A DNA stretch of 64,000 nt from the NCBI GenBank assembly GCA_050633305.1, contig JBOEGF010000008.1, forward strand, positions 160,001-224,000. The letters are read 5' to 3'. Below, piece by piece: positions 42,573 through 51,810 of the stretch. The position numbers were made by a program, and so were the translations under genes. Origin of the DNA: Nannocystales bacterium. GTDB lineage: Bacteria > Myxococcota_A > Polyangia > Nannocystales > Nannocystaceae. The notes below the pieces were generated by a model. The model was not told where the DNA came from. It was given only the letters and a program-made list of their open reading frames with translations, and searched no databases. Each line of letters starts with the position of its first letter. Within the stretch, counting starts at the first letter, position 1.

Positions 42573-43487
42573 ATGATGGTCAGCAACGGAGGCTCGGTCC
42601 TCCGCCTGTTCCAATGGCAATGGAAGAACTCGCTGTGGTTCATCTGCGCGGCGATGCTCATCGTCGTGCTCCACGATGTTGCCGGATTTGGCTGGTTGCA
42701 GCTTCCGACGGTCCCGGTTGCGGTCATCGGCGGTGCGCTCGGCATCTTCGTCAGCTTCCGGACGAACTCGGCCTACGACCGTTGGTGGGAGGGGCGCAAG
42801 TTGTGGGGACGCATGATCAACACATCGCGTCACTTCAGTTCGCAGATCATGTCGTACCTCCCGAAGCAAGACGGCAAGGCCACCCAGGTCCAGCAGGACA
42901 TCGTGCGTCGACACGCGGCCTACGTTCACGCACTGCGGTCCCTGCTCCGGGTCCAGGATCCATTCGAGGACGAGGACTTCCTTCGAATGCTGCCCGGCGA
43001 GGTCGAGCCATGGCGTCACGAAAGCAACCTGACCCACGCGCTTCTCGCCAAGCAGCTCGACGCTTTGGTCGCGCTGCACGACGCGGGTTCGCTGGACGCT
43101 TTTCGACTCTCGGATCTCGACGAGAGCCTGAAGCACCTGCTCGACATTCAGGGCGGCTGTGAGCGCATCAAGAAGACACCGATGCCGCGCGGCTACAGCT
43201 TCATCGCCGAGCGCCTCATCCTCACCTTCGGGATCCTGTTCCCGCTGAGCGTCGTCCCTACGCTCAGCTGGGCCGCGATCCCAATCAGCCTCATCGTGTG
43301 CCTGGCGTTCGGCCTGATCAGTGAGGCTGGCCGGGTTCTGGAGGACCCATTCACGATGTTCTTCAACGGTCTGCCGTTGTCCTCGATCAGTCGGATGATC
43401 GAGGTGAACCTCGAAGACCGTCTCGGCACTCCGAAGGACGCACAGCCGGCCCTGATCGGCGTCGACCAGCGCGGCATCCTGATGTGA
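42573..43487 (+). CDS. Bestrophin-family ion channel
   Basis: FRTNSAYDRWWEGRKLWG, GGCERIKKTP, LEDPF. Confidence 0.93.
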   Translation: MMVSNGGSVLRLFQWQWKNSLWFICAAMLIVVLHDVAGFGWLQLPTVPVAVIGGALGIFVSFRTNSAYDRWWEGRKLWGRMINTSRHFSSQIMSYLPKQDGKATQVQQDIVRRHAAYVHALRSLLRVQDPFEDEDFLRMLPGEVEPWRHESNLTHALLAKQLDALVALHDAGSLDAFRLSDLDESLKHLLDIQGGCERIKKTPMPRGYSFIAERLILTFGILFPLSVVPTLSWAAIPISLIVCLAFGLISEAGRVLEDPFTMFFNGLPLSSISRMIEVNLEDRLGTPKDAQPALIGVDQRGILM

Positions 43488-43524
43488 TCTTGCGCCGGGG
43501 CCCGGGCCTGGTAAGTCTCCGCCC

Positions 43525-44268
43525 ATGACCGCGTGGGCAGTGCTCCGATTCTGCAAGTTCATCAGCGTCGCGCTGCTGACGGCCGCGGTTCTCGGCGGCA
43601 TCTTCGGGGGGACGCCCTCGGCCCGACGCCGAGCGAGTCTCTTCCTGGGAACATGTTCGATCATCGGGGTGCTCGTGTTCGGCTACGCCCTGACCAAGAA
43701 GGTCGGCGCGTCGATCGGTGACCCCTGGGTCTCGCGCGCTCTGTTCGCAGGCCTGCTCGGCTACGGGGCCGCATGCTGGACAGCAACCGCGCAGCGGGTT
43801 CGCCCGGTCCCCGCAGCCCTCGCCCTCACCGGTCTCCTCGGTGCGTTCGGATGGATGAGCGCACGCAACTTGGAGCACGCCTGGCTCCTCGGCCTCGCAC
43901 TGCCCGCGGCCATCGCCACCCCCGCGGCCATCTTCGCGGCTCGTCGGTCGACCGCCGAGGATCCCGAGAGCGAAGCGTCCGATGCCACGACACAGTGGTT
44001 TTCCTGGCTCGCCCGGGCCGAGGGTGTGTCTCTGCTCATGCTGTTCGGTGTCTACATGCCGCTCAAGCACGGCGCCGGCATCGTCCTCGACGGCGGCCAG
44101 GGATGGTTTGGCTGGGCCCACGGAGTGTTTCAGCTCATCTTCATCGTCGCCCTCGTCGTCACAGGGCGCGTCCGGCGTTGGAGTGTCGCTCGGCAGGCCG
44201 TCGGCTTTGTGGCCAGCCTGATTCCACTGGGGACGTTCTGGTTCGAGCGACACGTTCGCCCGGACTGA
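43525..44268 (+). CDS. Membrane protein with C-terminal DUF3817-like domain
   Basis: [23 protein letters not shown]. Confidence 0.75.
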   Translation: MTAWAVLRFCKFISVALLTAAVLGGIFGGTPSARRRASLFLGTCSIIGVLVFGYALTKKVGASIGDPWVSRALFAGLLGYGAACWTATAQRVRPVPAALALTGLLGAFGWMSARNLEHAWLLGLALPAAIATPAAIFAARRSTAEDPESEASDATTQWFSWLARAEGVSLLMLFGVYMPLKHGAGIVLDGGQGWFGWAHGVFQLIFIVALVVTGRVRRWSVARQAVGFVASLIPLGTFWFERHVRPD

Positions 44269-44327
44269 CAACCCCGCCGCGTAACAGCCGCGTCCGCGCG
44301 CGCGTTTCGATCAACATCGAACCCGCG

Positions 44328-44798
44328 ATGCCTGCGCCCAAGCTCGTCCCCCCGTTTACCCACGAGACCGCTCTCGCGAAAGTCCGCGCCGCAGAGGACG
44401 CGTGGAACAGCCGCGACGCACAACGCGTCTCGATGGCCTACTCGCTCGACAGCCACTGGCGCAACCGCGCTCAGATCTTCAAGGGCCGCGAAAACATCCG
44501 TGCATTCCTGGAGGGCAAGTGGGACCAGGAGCTCGACTACCGCCTGGTCAAGGAGCTGTGGGCATTCGGAGACAACCGCATCGCCGTTCGATTTCAGTAC
44601 GAATGGCGCGATGCCGCCGGACAGTGGTTTCGGGCGTACGGCAACGAGCTGTGGGAGTTCGATGACGAGGGCCTGATGCGGCGGCGCGAGGCGAGCATCA
44701 ATGACCGAAAGATCTCCGAGAAGGCGCGGCGGTTCCACTGGGACGCATCCGCACCCCGGCCTGAGGACCATCCCGGCCTCGTGGACTCCCCCGAGTAG
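44328..44798 (+). CDS. DUF1348 / NTF2-like (SnoaL-like) protein
   Basis: [41 protein letters not shown]. Confidence 0.9.
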   Translation: MPAPKLVPPFTHETALAKVRAAEDAWNSRDAQRVSMAYSLDSHWRNRAQIFKGRENIRAFLEGKWDQELDYRLVKELWAFGDNRIAVRFQYEWRDAAGQWFRAYGNELWEFDDEGLMRRREASINDRKISEKARRFHWDASAPRPEDHPGLVDSPE

Positions 44799-44864
44799 CG
44801 TCTCGCTCCGTTCGTGAGCCCACCCGCCGTGTTCGACAGCTCGGGCTTGCTACCCTCACCCAGC

Positions 44865-45569
44865 ATGGACACCGTGACGATCGACAGCCGCTTCAACGGA
44901 CCCGACGGGTCGGCGAACGGTGGATACGCCTGTGGGGTCGTCGCCGACTTGATGACCCAAGACGCCACGGTCCGGCTTCGAGCCAAGCCGCCTCTCGACA
45001 CGCCCCTGAGCGTTGTCCGAACGGACACAGGCATCGAGCTTCACCACGGGGAGACCTTCGTGGCCCAAGGCGTTCCGTCCACGACAACATGGGAGGATGT
45101 GCCGCCCCCCCCGTCCTTCGAAGAGGCTCGGGCCGCCCAAGAGCGATACACGGGCTTTCATACCCACGTCTTTCCCCGATGTTTCGTCTGCGGCCCCGAA
45201 CGTGAGGCTGGGGACGGGCTCCGCCTGTTCGCCGGACCGCTCGAAGACCGGCCGATCGCAGCCTGCACCTGGACGCCCAGCGCCGGACTGCTGACCTCCG
45301 ATGGCACGATCGATCCCCTCTTTGTTTGGGCGGCCCTCGACTGCCCGAGCTTCTTCGGGCTGAAGGTCCCGTACGACAAACTCTTCCTGCTCGCCGAGAT
45401 GACCGCCAAACTGGGGCGCCCCGTTCCGGGCGACGAACCCCTGATCGTCTACGGATGGGGCCGTACCACGCAGGGGCGCAAGCACTACGCCGGCGCCGCG
45501 ATCGCGACCGCAGACGGCACCGTGCTCGCGCAAGCACAGCACCTGTGGATCGAAACCCGGCCTGGGTGA
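44865..45569 (+). CDS. Double hotdog-fold thioesterase-like protein
   Basis: FNGPDGSANGGY, CFVCG, WAALDCP. Confidence 0.8.
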   Translation: MDTVTIDSRFNGPDGSANGGYACGVVADLMTQDATVRLRAKPPLDTPLSVVRTDTGIELHHGETFVAQGVPSTTTWEDVPPPPSFEEARAAQERYTGFHTHVFPRCFVCGPEREAGDGLRLFAGPLEDRPIAACTWTPSAGLLTSDGTIDPLFVWAALDCPSFFGLKVPYDKLFLLAEMTAKLGRPVPGDEPLIVYGWGRTTQGRKHYAGAAIATADGTVLAQAQHLWIETRPG

Positions 45570-45603
45570 AACCCGACGGGCTTTGCCGTACCATCACGAA
45601 CCG

Positions 45604-47577
45604 ATGTGGGAGTACTTCGTCCAGACGTCCGACGGCCGGGTCCGCCAGATGTCGGAGGCGAGTCTCCGTAGCAAACTCCGCCGAGGCAAGTTCACCGGCC
45701 TCGAGTTGGCTCGACGTGCCGACGACCCCAGCTGGCGGAAGCTGGGCGAACTGCATCTGTACTCCCAGGAGGTTGCCTTCGAGGGCGACCCGATCGACCA
45801 CGCGCGACACAAGACCGTCAACGGCTGGATGGTCCACGCGCTGGTGTTCCTGGCGGTGAATGTCGTCACGGGTTTCCCAACGCCCCTGCTCATCTTCTGG
45901 GGGCTCGGCGTGTTCATGCATGGCAGGAACAGAAACGTCCTGCACCACGCCAAGATCCTCAACGAAGCTGGGCGACTACCCGTGATCGGGAGCTGGAACG
46001 GCAAGAAGCCGCAGGCACTCCCCGCAGGGCAGACCGCGTACCAAAGCGGCGGCACGGTGCCCCCCATGGCACCCGCCCCACAGGCCGGACCTCCGGTCGC
46101 TCCAGCCGCACTCATCCCCGCTGCCCCCGCTCCTCTCCCTGCCCGGGCGACCGGCCCCAGCGAGATCGGATACGAGCCCACCGTCGGCCGTACTCGTAAC
46201 GCGAGCACAACCGGCCGCGACCTCGAGCAACGCCAACTCGAGGCCTCCGTCCGGGGCAAGCTGTTCGGGAGTGAGTCCACAGCCCCGGTCCAGATCGGCC
46301 GCTACCGACTTGGCGAGCGCCTCGGCGCGGGCGGCATGGGCATCGTCTTCGCCGCACAGGACACATCCCTCGACCGCCCGGTCGCGCTCAAGCTTCTGCG
46401 CCCCGGCTATGAGATGGATGCGGCCGCGGAGCGTTTGCAGCGAGAAGCCCGCGCCATGGCTCGGCTCTCTCACCCCAACGTCGTCACGGTGTTCGACGTC
46501 GGCACTCATGAGGGGGCCGTCTTCGTCGCGATGGAGAAGGTCGAGGGCGGAACGCTTCGCGATTGGCTGCGGGAGCCCCGACCCACCGCCGACATCATCG
46601 ACGTCCTCGACCAGGCGGCTGGCGGACTCGGAGCAGCCCACGGCGCAGGCTTGGTCCACCGCGACTTCAAGCCCGAGAATGTGATGGTCGGCAACGACGG
46701 CCGTGTTCGAGTGCTCGACTTCGGGCTCGCAAAGCCCAGCGACCCCGGCAACACGGCGGACCTCCTCACTCAGACCGGCACCATGCTGGGGACGCCGCGA
46801 TACATGGCGCCCGAACAGTTCCGCGGAGAGGACGCCGACGCACGTTCCGACCAGTTCGCGTTGGGGGTCGTCTTCTACGAGGCGCTGTACGGCGTGCACC
46901 CCTACCAGCCGAAGGACGACCGCCCGCTGCCTCGGGCTGTGTTGGCCGGCAAACTCCGCGACACGCCGATCCGCATCGACATCCCCCCGGCCGTCCGCAC
47001 CGCGGTGCTCCGCGCCGTGGCCCACGACTCCGACGCCCGGTTCGACTCGGTCGAAGCGCTTGCAGAGGCTTTGGGCCCCCGTCCCACGACCTCCGACGGC
47101 TTGGCATCCCTCGCCGCCGCCAGCCGTCGCCTGCTCTCGCGTCGCCCAGCCGAACAAGCAGCGCCGCTGCTCAAGGCTCTCGATGACCTCGAGCGGACGG
47201 TCGCGACCCTCGATGAGCGCGTGGCAACCCTCCTCCGGCAAGCCCCCTCCTCGGAACGAGAGGAGGTCGAACGCGAACTCAACCTCGCCCAGGTCGCCTT
47301 CGACTCCGCCACGGCCGACGACGAGCTCAGCCTCTTCGCAAGCCAGCGAGATGCGCTTCGTGACCGCATCGAGGGGTTGGAAGCTGCACACGGAATGCTC
47401 GGAAAGCTCCGAACCCGTCGCGGCATCGCCCAGACGCAGCTCGAGCAGCTGCACCTCGATCTCGTCCGAGCCCAAGCCTCGGACACCGCTGACCTTCCCG
47501 ACCTGACCGGACCTCTGCAAGAGCTTCGATTCCAGGTCGACGCCGCCGCCGAGGTGGAGGAGCTGTTGCAACGATGA
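45604..47577 (+). CDS. Ser/Thr protein kinase with N-terminal 2-TM module and C-terminal coiled coil
   Basis: LGAGGMG, VALK, HRDFKPEN, DFG, GTPRYMAPE. N-terminal HALVFLAVN..WGLGVFMH. Confidence 0.92.
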   Translation: MWEYFVQTSDGRVRQMSEASLRSKLRRGKFTGLELARRADDPSWRKLGELHLYSQEVAFEGDPIDHARHKTVNGWMVHALVFLAVNVVTGFPTPLLIFWGLGVFMHGRNRNVLHHAKILNEAGRLPVIGSWNGKKPQALPAGQTAYQSGGTVPPMAPAPQAGPPVAPAALIPAAPAPLPARATGPSEIGYEPTVGRTRNASTTGRDLEQRQLEASVRGKLFGSESTAPVQIGRYRLGERLGAGGMGIVFAAQDTSLDRPVALKLLRPGYEMDAAAERLQREARAMARLSHPNVVTVFDVGTHEGAVFVAMEKVEGGTLRDWLREPRPTADIIDVLDQAAGGLGAAHGAGLVHRDFKPENVMVGNDGRVRVLDFGLAKPSDPGNTADLLTQTGTMLGTPRYMAPEQFRGEDADARSDQFALGVVFYEALYGVHPYQPKDDRPLPRAVLAGKLRDTPIRIDIPPAVRTAVLRAVAHDSDARFDSVEALAEALGPRPTTSDGLASLAAASRRLLSRRPAEQAAPLLKALDDLERTVATLDERVATLLRQAPSSEREEVERELNLAQVAFDSATADDELSLFASQRDALRDRIEGLEAAHGMLGKLRTRRGIAQTQLEQLHLDLVRAQASDTADLPDLTGPLQELRFQVDAAAEVEELLQR

Positions 47578-47912
47578 TCCCCGTAGGAATCGAACCCGAC
47601 GTTCGCCGTGACCTGTTCGGCGGTACTGGAGCCGTCAAGGTCTACAACCTGGACCCCTCGCCCATGCCTCCGTTTGCCGCCGCGCTGTGGTGCGAGCTCC
47701 AAGCCGGCGGCACCGTGGGACGGCACCGCCAAGAGCACTGCCCGGAGATCGTCCTGGGTCTCGAAGGCGACGGAGAAGCCACAGTGGGCGACCAAAGCCA
47801 CCCGCTGAACGCTGGGAGCGTTGTCCAGCTCCCGCTAGGCAGCGTCCTGGCCATCCGCAACCTCAGCGCCGACAGCCCGCTGCGCTATCTGATCATCAAG
47901 GCTTCGGGCTAG
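47574..47912 (+). CDS. Cupin domain protein
   Basis: VGRHRQEHCPEIVLGLEGDG cupin motif. ATGA overlap with the kinase. Confidence 0.8.
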   Translation: MIPVGIEPDVRRDLFGGTGAVKVYNLDPSPMPPFAAALWCELQAGGTVGRHRQEHCPEIVLGLEGDGEATVGDQSHPLNAGSVVQLPLGSVLAIRNLSADSPLRYLIIKASG

Positions 47913-48498
47913 CCCCAGAGGGTCGCGGCTCCGTCGGCTCACCAACGAACCGGGCCAACGCCTCGTCCTGAAGGTCAGGGGGAAGACCATCAAACGCGGT
48001 GACACCCGAGCGGAGTCCCTGCTCGAGTTCGGCGAGCCGCAAGCGGTCGCCCTGGGGTGGCCGGGTCGGCAGCGCTTCGCCGCGAAGCTCGGCGGACAAC
48101 CGAGCCATCGACGCTTGAAAGGCATCGATGTCCTTGCTGGAAGCGTTTGCGCGTTCGAGCGCTCCCACTCCTGCGGCCATGTCGACCGCGCTCACGTGGC
48201 CGCGCTCGCGAGCGTCGGCCTCGACCTGCGAAAGGTGGAGAGCCAACGCCTCCTCGGTCCGCGGAGGACCCACTCGTTCCGATTCCATCGTCTCGCGCAT
48301 CCGGTCCCTCATCGAGACACGCCGCACGAATTCTCGTTGCGCCGCATCGGGGGTCGTGGCCTGAATCGACGGATGGGTGGATGCGCGTGACTCGACCGAC
48401 CGCGGTGTCCGACTGCCCGTCCCGACCACCGACAGAGTGAAGCCTGTCGTGAGGACGGCGCTGCCCAGAGCAACCACGATGAAGAGCTTGGCGTGCAT
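47896..48498 (-). CDS. Hypothetical N-terminally anchored helical protein
   Basis: ATG 48498 with GAGG upstream. Hydrophobic N-terminus (MHAKLFIVVALG). Confidence 0.6.
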   Translation of the reverse strand: MHAKLFIVVALGSAVLTTGFTLSVVGTGSRTPRSVESRASTHPSIQATTPDAAQREFVRRVSMRDRMRETMESERVGPPRTEEALALHLSQVEADARERGHVSAVDMAAGVGALERANASSKDIDAFQASMARLSAELRGEALPTRPPQGDRLRLAELEQGLRSGVTAFDGLPPDLQDEALARFVGEPTEPRPSGASPKP

Positions 48499-48547
48499 CT
48501 CATGACCTCGTCGGGGTGGCACGCGAAGGGCTCGGGGCCGAGGAGAG

Positions 48548-48970
48548 CTAGTCGGCATAGAACGAGACCGTTCGACCGCAGGCGTAGCTGCCCCCCCAAG
48601 GACTCGACGACGTCTGACAGTAGTACTGCCGCTCGTAGACCCGGATGCCTGACTCCACAGCCCGAACCAGACCCGCGAAGAGGGCGGCCAAGGCCGTGTC
48701 TCCGTACTGGTGGTACGGACCGGCGCAGGCGGTGGATGATGCGCCCTCGCTGCAGTACCGGCGCGTCGCGACATACGAGCCCTCGCACGCCGGCTCCGTG
48801 TAGTAGCTGGCGGTCACCGAACCGTGATCGCCGTGCCCGTAGGCGGCCGAGGGGTCATACGTCACGCCGCATGGGAACACGTAGGCGTCCGCACGCGCCG
48901 TAGACGGAGCGGTGAACAACGCCGCCAGCGCGCCCGCAACAATGAACTTCTGAGTCTTCGAGGTCAGCAT
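48548..48970 (-). CDS. Small secreted Cys/Tyr-rich protein
   Basis: Signal peptide ending ARA, 6 Cys, Tyr-rich mature part. Confidence 0.7.
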   Translation of the reverse strand: MLTSKTQKFIVAGALAALFTAPSTARADAYVFPCGVTYDPSAAYGHGDHGSVTASYYTEPACEGSYVATRRYCSEGASSTACAGPYHQYGDTALAALFAGLVRAVESGIRVYERQYYCQTSSSPWGGSYACGRTVSFYAD

Positions 48971-49083
48971 GTCGGCTTCGAAGGGTTGGTACCGCTCGGC
49001 GCCTACGCGTTCCCGCTCGACGCCGGAAACCTGAGGACGGAGCACAAACCGTGTGGCGAGACCGACCAGCGTCTCGGGTTGGC

Positions 49084-49743
49084 CTAGCGGGGAGGAAAGT
49101 TCGCCCCGTCCGGGGCACCCGCATCAAACCACGCCTCGAACAACGCCTTGTCGGCCTCGGTGATCACGCCATCTTCACCTTCGACGCCACACTCGAACGC
49201 GGGCATCGGGACGGGCATCTGATCCACCACCCGAACCGCCGTGGCTTCCCAGACCATTCTGTCCTCGAAGCCCATCGGAAAGATACCGACGAACGGGACA
49301 TGAAAGTCTGCCCACGTGTTGATGAGGACCGTGTCGGACATATAGTCGACGTTCACGTCGGGGTCGTCCGAGTAGTGGCAGCCGCAGTTTCGCAGCAAGG
49401 CTTCGCCGATCACCGTCGGGAGCAACCCCTCCTCGTCGCCCATCTCGACGATGGATGGATCGGCAAGCGGATCGACCGCCTCGAGCGAACACAGGGCCGG
49501 GGGCGGGGGCGGTCCCGTGGTGGGGTCGACCGTCGTCGGTGCCGCCGTACTGCCGTCGGCGACCGTGCTCGACGAGGCCGCCTCGCTCGAACTGGCCATC
49601 TCCACACCCGAGGAGGTCGAGCTGGTTGCGGGGCCCGTCCCCGTGGGGCCCGCAGTTTGGGAAGAGTCGTCGCCCCCGCATCCCCCGCCTACCGAGGTAG
49701 CGAGAGCGACGAGGGCGACAAGCACCGCAACGCGATCGTGCAT
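49084..49743 (-). CDS. Lipoprotein with cytochrome-c-like C-terminal domain (CxCH motif)
   Basis: GGGC lipobox-like site, NCGCH, MPVPMP, ITEADKALFEAWFDAGAP. Confidence 0.65.
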   Translation of the reverse strand: MHDRVAVLVALVALATSVGGGCGGDDSSQTAGPTGTGPATSSTSSGVEMASSSEAASSSTVADGSTAAPTTVDPTTGPPPPPALCSLEAVDPLADPSIVEMGDEEGLLPTVIGEALLRNCGCHYSDDPDVNVDYMSDTVLINTWADFHVPFVGIFPMGFEDRMVWEATAVRVVDQMPVPMPAFECGVEGEDGVITEADKALFEAWFDAGAPDGANFPPR

Positions 49744-49748
49744 CAGTC

Positions 49749-51107
49749 CTAGCCCGGAGGCTCGACGAAGTCGGCCAAGTCGCCGCCGCCGAGTTCGTAG
49801 AGATCGGAGCCGCCCGTTGCCCAGAAGTGGTTGATCGGACCAAAGCCCATGCCCTCGACCAGAGAGCCAGCGGTACCGCCGTACTCGAACAGGTTCTCCT
49901 GCACCCAGCCCAACGTCGGATCCTTGCGGTACTGACCAATGAAGTCCGAGGTCATGTCGGAGACGTAGACATACGGCACCCCAGTGTTGGGGTCGGTCAC
50001 GATCTCGAGGCCGTCCATGTGATCGCCAGCCATGTTCGGGAAGTCGAACGCGATGCCCCACGTCGCGCTGACGGGGTCGTACTGAATGACCCGGCGCTGC
50101 GACTCGCTCGCCGCGTACCACTGGTCGAAGACCTCGTCGTACCCGATCATGGAGAGGCGGTTGATCCAGCCGGGCCGCGCGAGTTGGACCGTCGCCACAG
50201 AGGTGGCGAAGTCGAACTCGGTCAGCTCGTTGCCACCGACAAAGAGGGAGGTTGGGGTGATGAACAGCTCGTTGATCGAGCCCGACAACGAGTTGGGGTA
50301 GGCGATGTTCTCGAGGAACACCAACGTCCGCGTCTCGATGGGACCCGTCTCGTCCGGGTTGTCCGGGTGCTGGTTGGGCTCGAACACCCCGTCGCCGTCG
50401 CTGTCCATTCCCGTAACCTGGTAGACGTCGATGCCGCCCGACGAGCTGGTGACGTAGAGTTTATCGTCGATGCCATCGACATCGTAGCCGCCACGAAACT
50501 CGGTGCTCGTGTTGAAGTAGGCGAACTGGTAGTAGACACCCGTCGGCTTCTCGCCGCCGATGACCGAGGTGGGCGTACAGGCGCCGAGCTCGATGCTACA
50601 GACCTCTCCCGAGGTGGGCTCACACGTATCGACGGGCTGCCACACCGGCGGAGAGACGGCGGTGTTGCACTCCATCACTTGAGCGCCGACGCAGTCGAAC
50701 TGCCCCTCGAGACACGGCACGCAGCCAATGCTCTCGATGCAGTAGCCCGGGACGCAGGTCTCGGTGCCCACAACCGAACCAGAACCATCGCAGCTGTATG
50801 CGTTGCCTTCGGCGCAGTAGGTCCCCGCGGCCTTGCCCATGCACTGCCCGCCATCTCCGACGTCAAATGCCGGACCACTGTCGGCGCCCCCGCTGCTGTC
50901 TCCCGCGGAGTTTCCGCTGTTGCCCGAGTTCCCGCTATTGCCCGAGTTCCCGCTGTTGCCCGAGTTCCCACCCGAGGACCCACCGCTGGCGGTAGGCGCG
51001 GTGGACACGCCAGTGAGGCCATCCGTCGCACCCGTGTCCGCGGGCGCGCTCGAAGCCGAACAGGCCGCCGTTGCGGCGATCAAAATCAACAGTCGTTCCT
51101 TGTGCAT
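49749..51107 (-). CDS. Lipoprotein with GNS repeats, Cys-rich modules and putative beta-propeller
   Basis: Lipobox TAAC, (GNS)7, Cys-rich region, beta-rich C-terminus. Confidence 0.8.
   Translation of the reverse strand: MHKERLLILIAATAACSASSAPADTGATDGLTGVSTAPTASGGSSGGNSGNSGNSGNSGNSGNSGNSAGDSSGGADSGPAFDVGDGGQCMGKAAGTYCAEGNAYSCDGSGSVVGTETCVPGYCIESIGCVPCLEGQFDCVGAQVMECNTAVSPPVWQPVDTCEPTSGEVCSIELGACTPTSVIGGEKPTGVYYQFAYFNTSTEFRGGYDVDGIDDKLYVTSSSGGIDVYQVTGMDSDGDGVFEPNQHPDNPDETGPIETRTLVFLENIAYPNSLSGSINELFITPTSLFVGGNELTEFDFATSVATVQLARPGWINRLSMIGYDEVFDQWYAASESQRRVIQYDPVSATWGIAFDFPNMAGDHMDGLEIVTDPNTGVPYVYVSDMTSDFIGQYRKDPTLGWVQENLFEYGGTAGSLVEGMGFGPINHFWATGGSDLYELGGGDLADFVEPPG
50907..50969 (-). repeat. 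Seven 9-bp units encoding (Gly-Asn-Ser)7 with 18-bp higher-order period
   Basis: Alternating GGGAACTCG and GGCAA[C/T]AGC units. Confidence 0.9.
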
Positions 51108-51247
51108 CGATACCCCCTCGGGACAGCGTCCCGCGTGGGCGTAATCCTACCTTGAGGGACACCGGCAGAACAACGATGCCAGGCGCCGTACGTCGGCATC
51201 TCGCCAAAAAAGTGTGGTGGATGCAGATCGCGTAACGCCGCCTGGGG

Positions 51248-51805
51248 GTGGGAGACACCAACAGTGTCGCCCAACACCCGGAGTCGCTACGCTGCTTCGC
51301 AGTGTCAGGGTCGGAGATCAATCCGGTGCTCCGGCGTCACGATGCGTTGGGTCTCATCGCGACCCACAAGAACCTGGTCGCGTCGATGCATTGGGGTCGC
51401 ACGACACTTGGGCACGTGGACGAACTCGCCCAATCGGTCGCGGAGCTGGTCCGGCTCCACGAACGGTTCGTCACGGTCGTCGTTGTCACAGGTGCTGACC
51501 TCATGCACGCCCCCGACCCGGCGACACGCGCCCGCCTCCGGCAACTCGTTGAAGACACGGCGCAGACCGGGCTCGGGACGGCGTTCGTCGTGACCCGAGG
51601 CGGGTTTCTAGGCAGCGCGGTCGTCTCCCTGCTCAGCGGCCTGTTCGTCCTCTCTCGGTCCCGCGAGCCCAACCGGGCGTTCCGTACGACTACGGCGGCC
51701 GCGCCGTGGCTCCAGGATCTGCTCACGGACGGCGCCCCACCGTGGCAGCCCGGAGAGGTTGCGCGGACGTTGGAGACGATCACCGCACTGCGCGCCGCGG
51801 GGTGA
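51248..51805 (+). CDS. Hypothetical STAS/SEC14-like myxobacterial protein (start uncertain)
   Basis: APDPATRARL...GFLGSAVVSLLSGL...F.T...A..WL pattern. Confidence 0.6.
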   Translation: MGDTNSVAQHPESLRCFAVSGSEINPVLRRHDALGLIATHKNLVASMHWGRTTLGHVDELAQSVAELVRLHERFVTVVVVTGADLMHAPDPATRARLRQLVEDTAQTGLGTAFVVTRGGFLGSAVVSLLSGLFVLSRSREPNRAFRTTTAAAPWLQDLLTDGAPPWQPGEVARTLETITALRAAG

Positions 51806-51810
51806 ACAAC

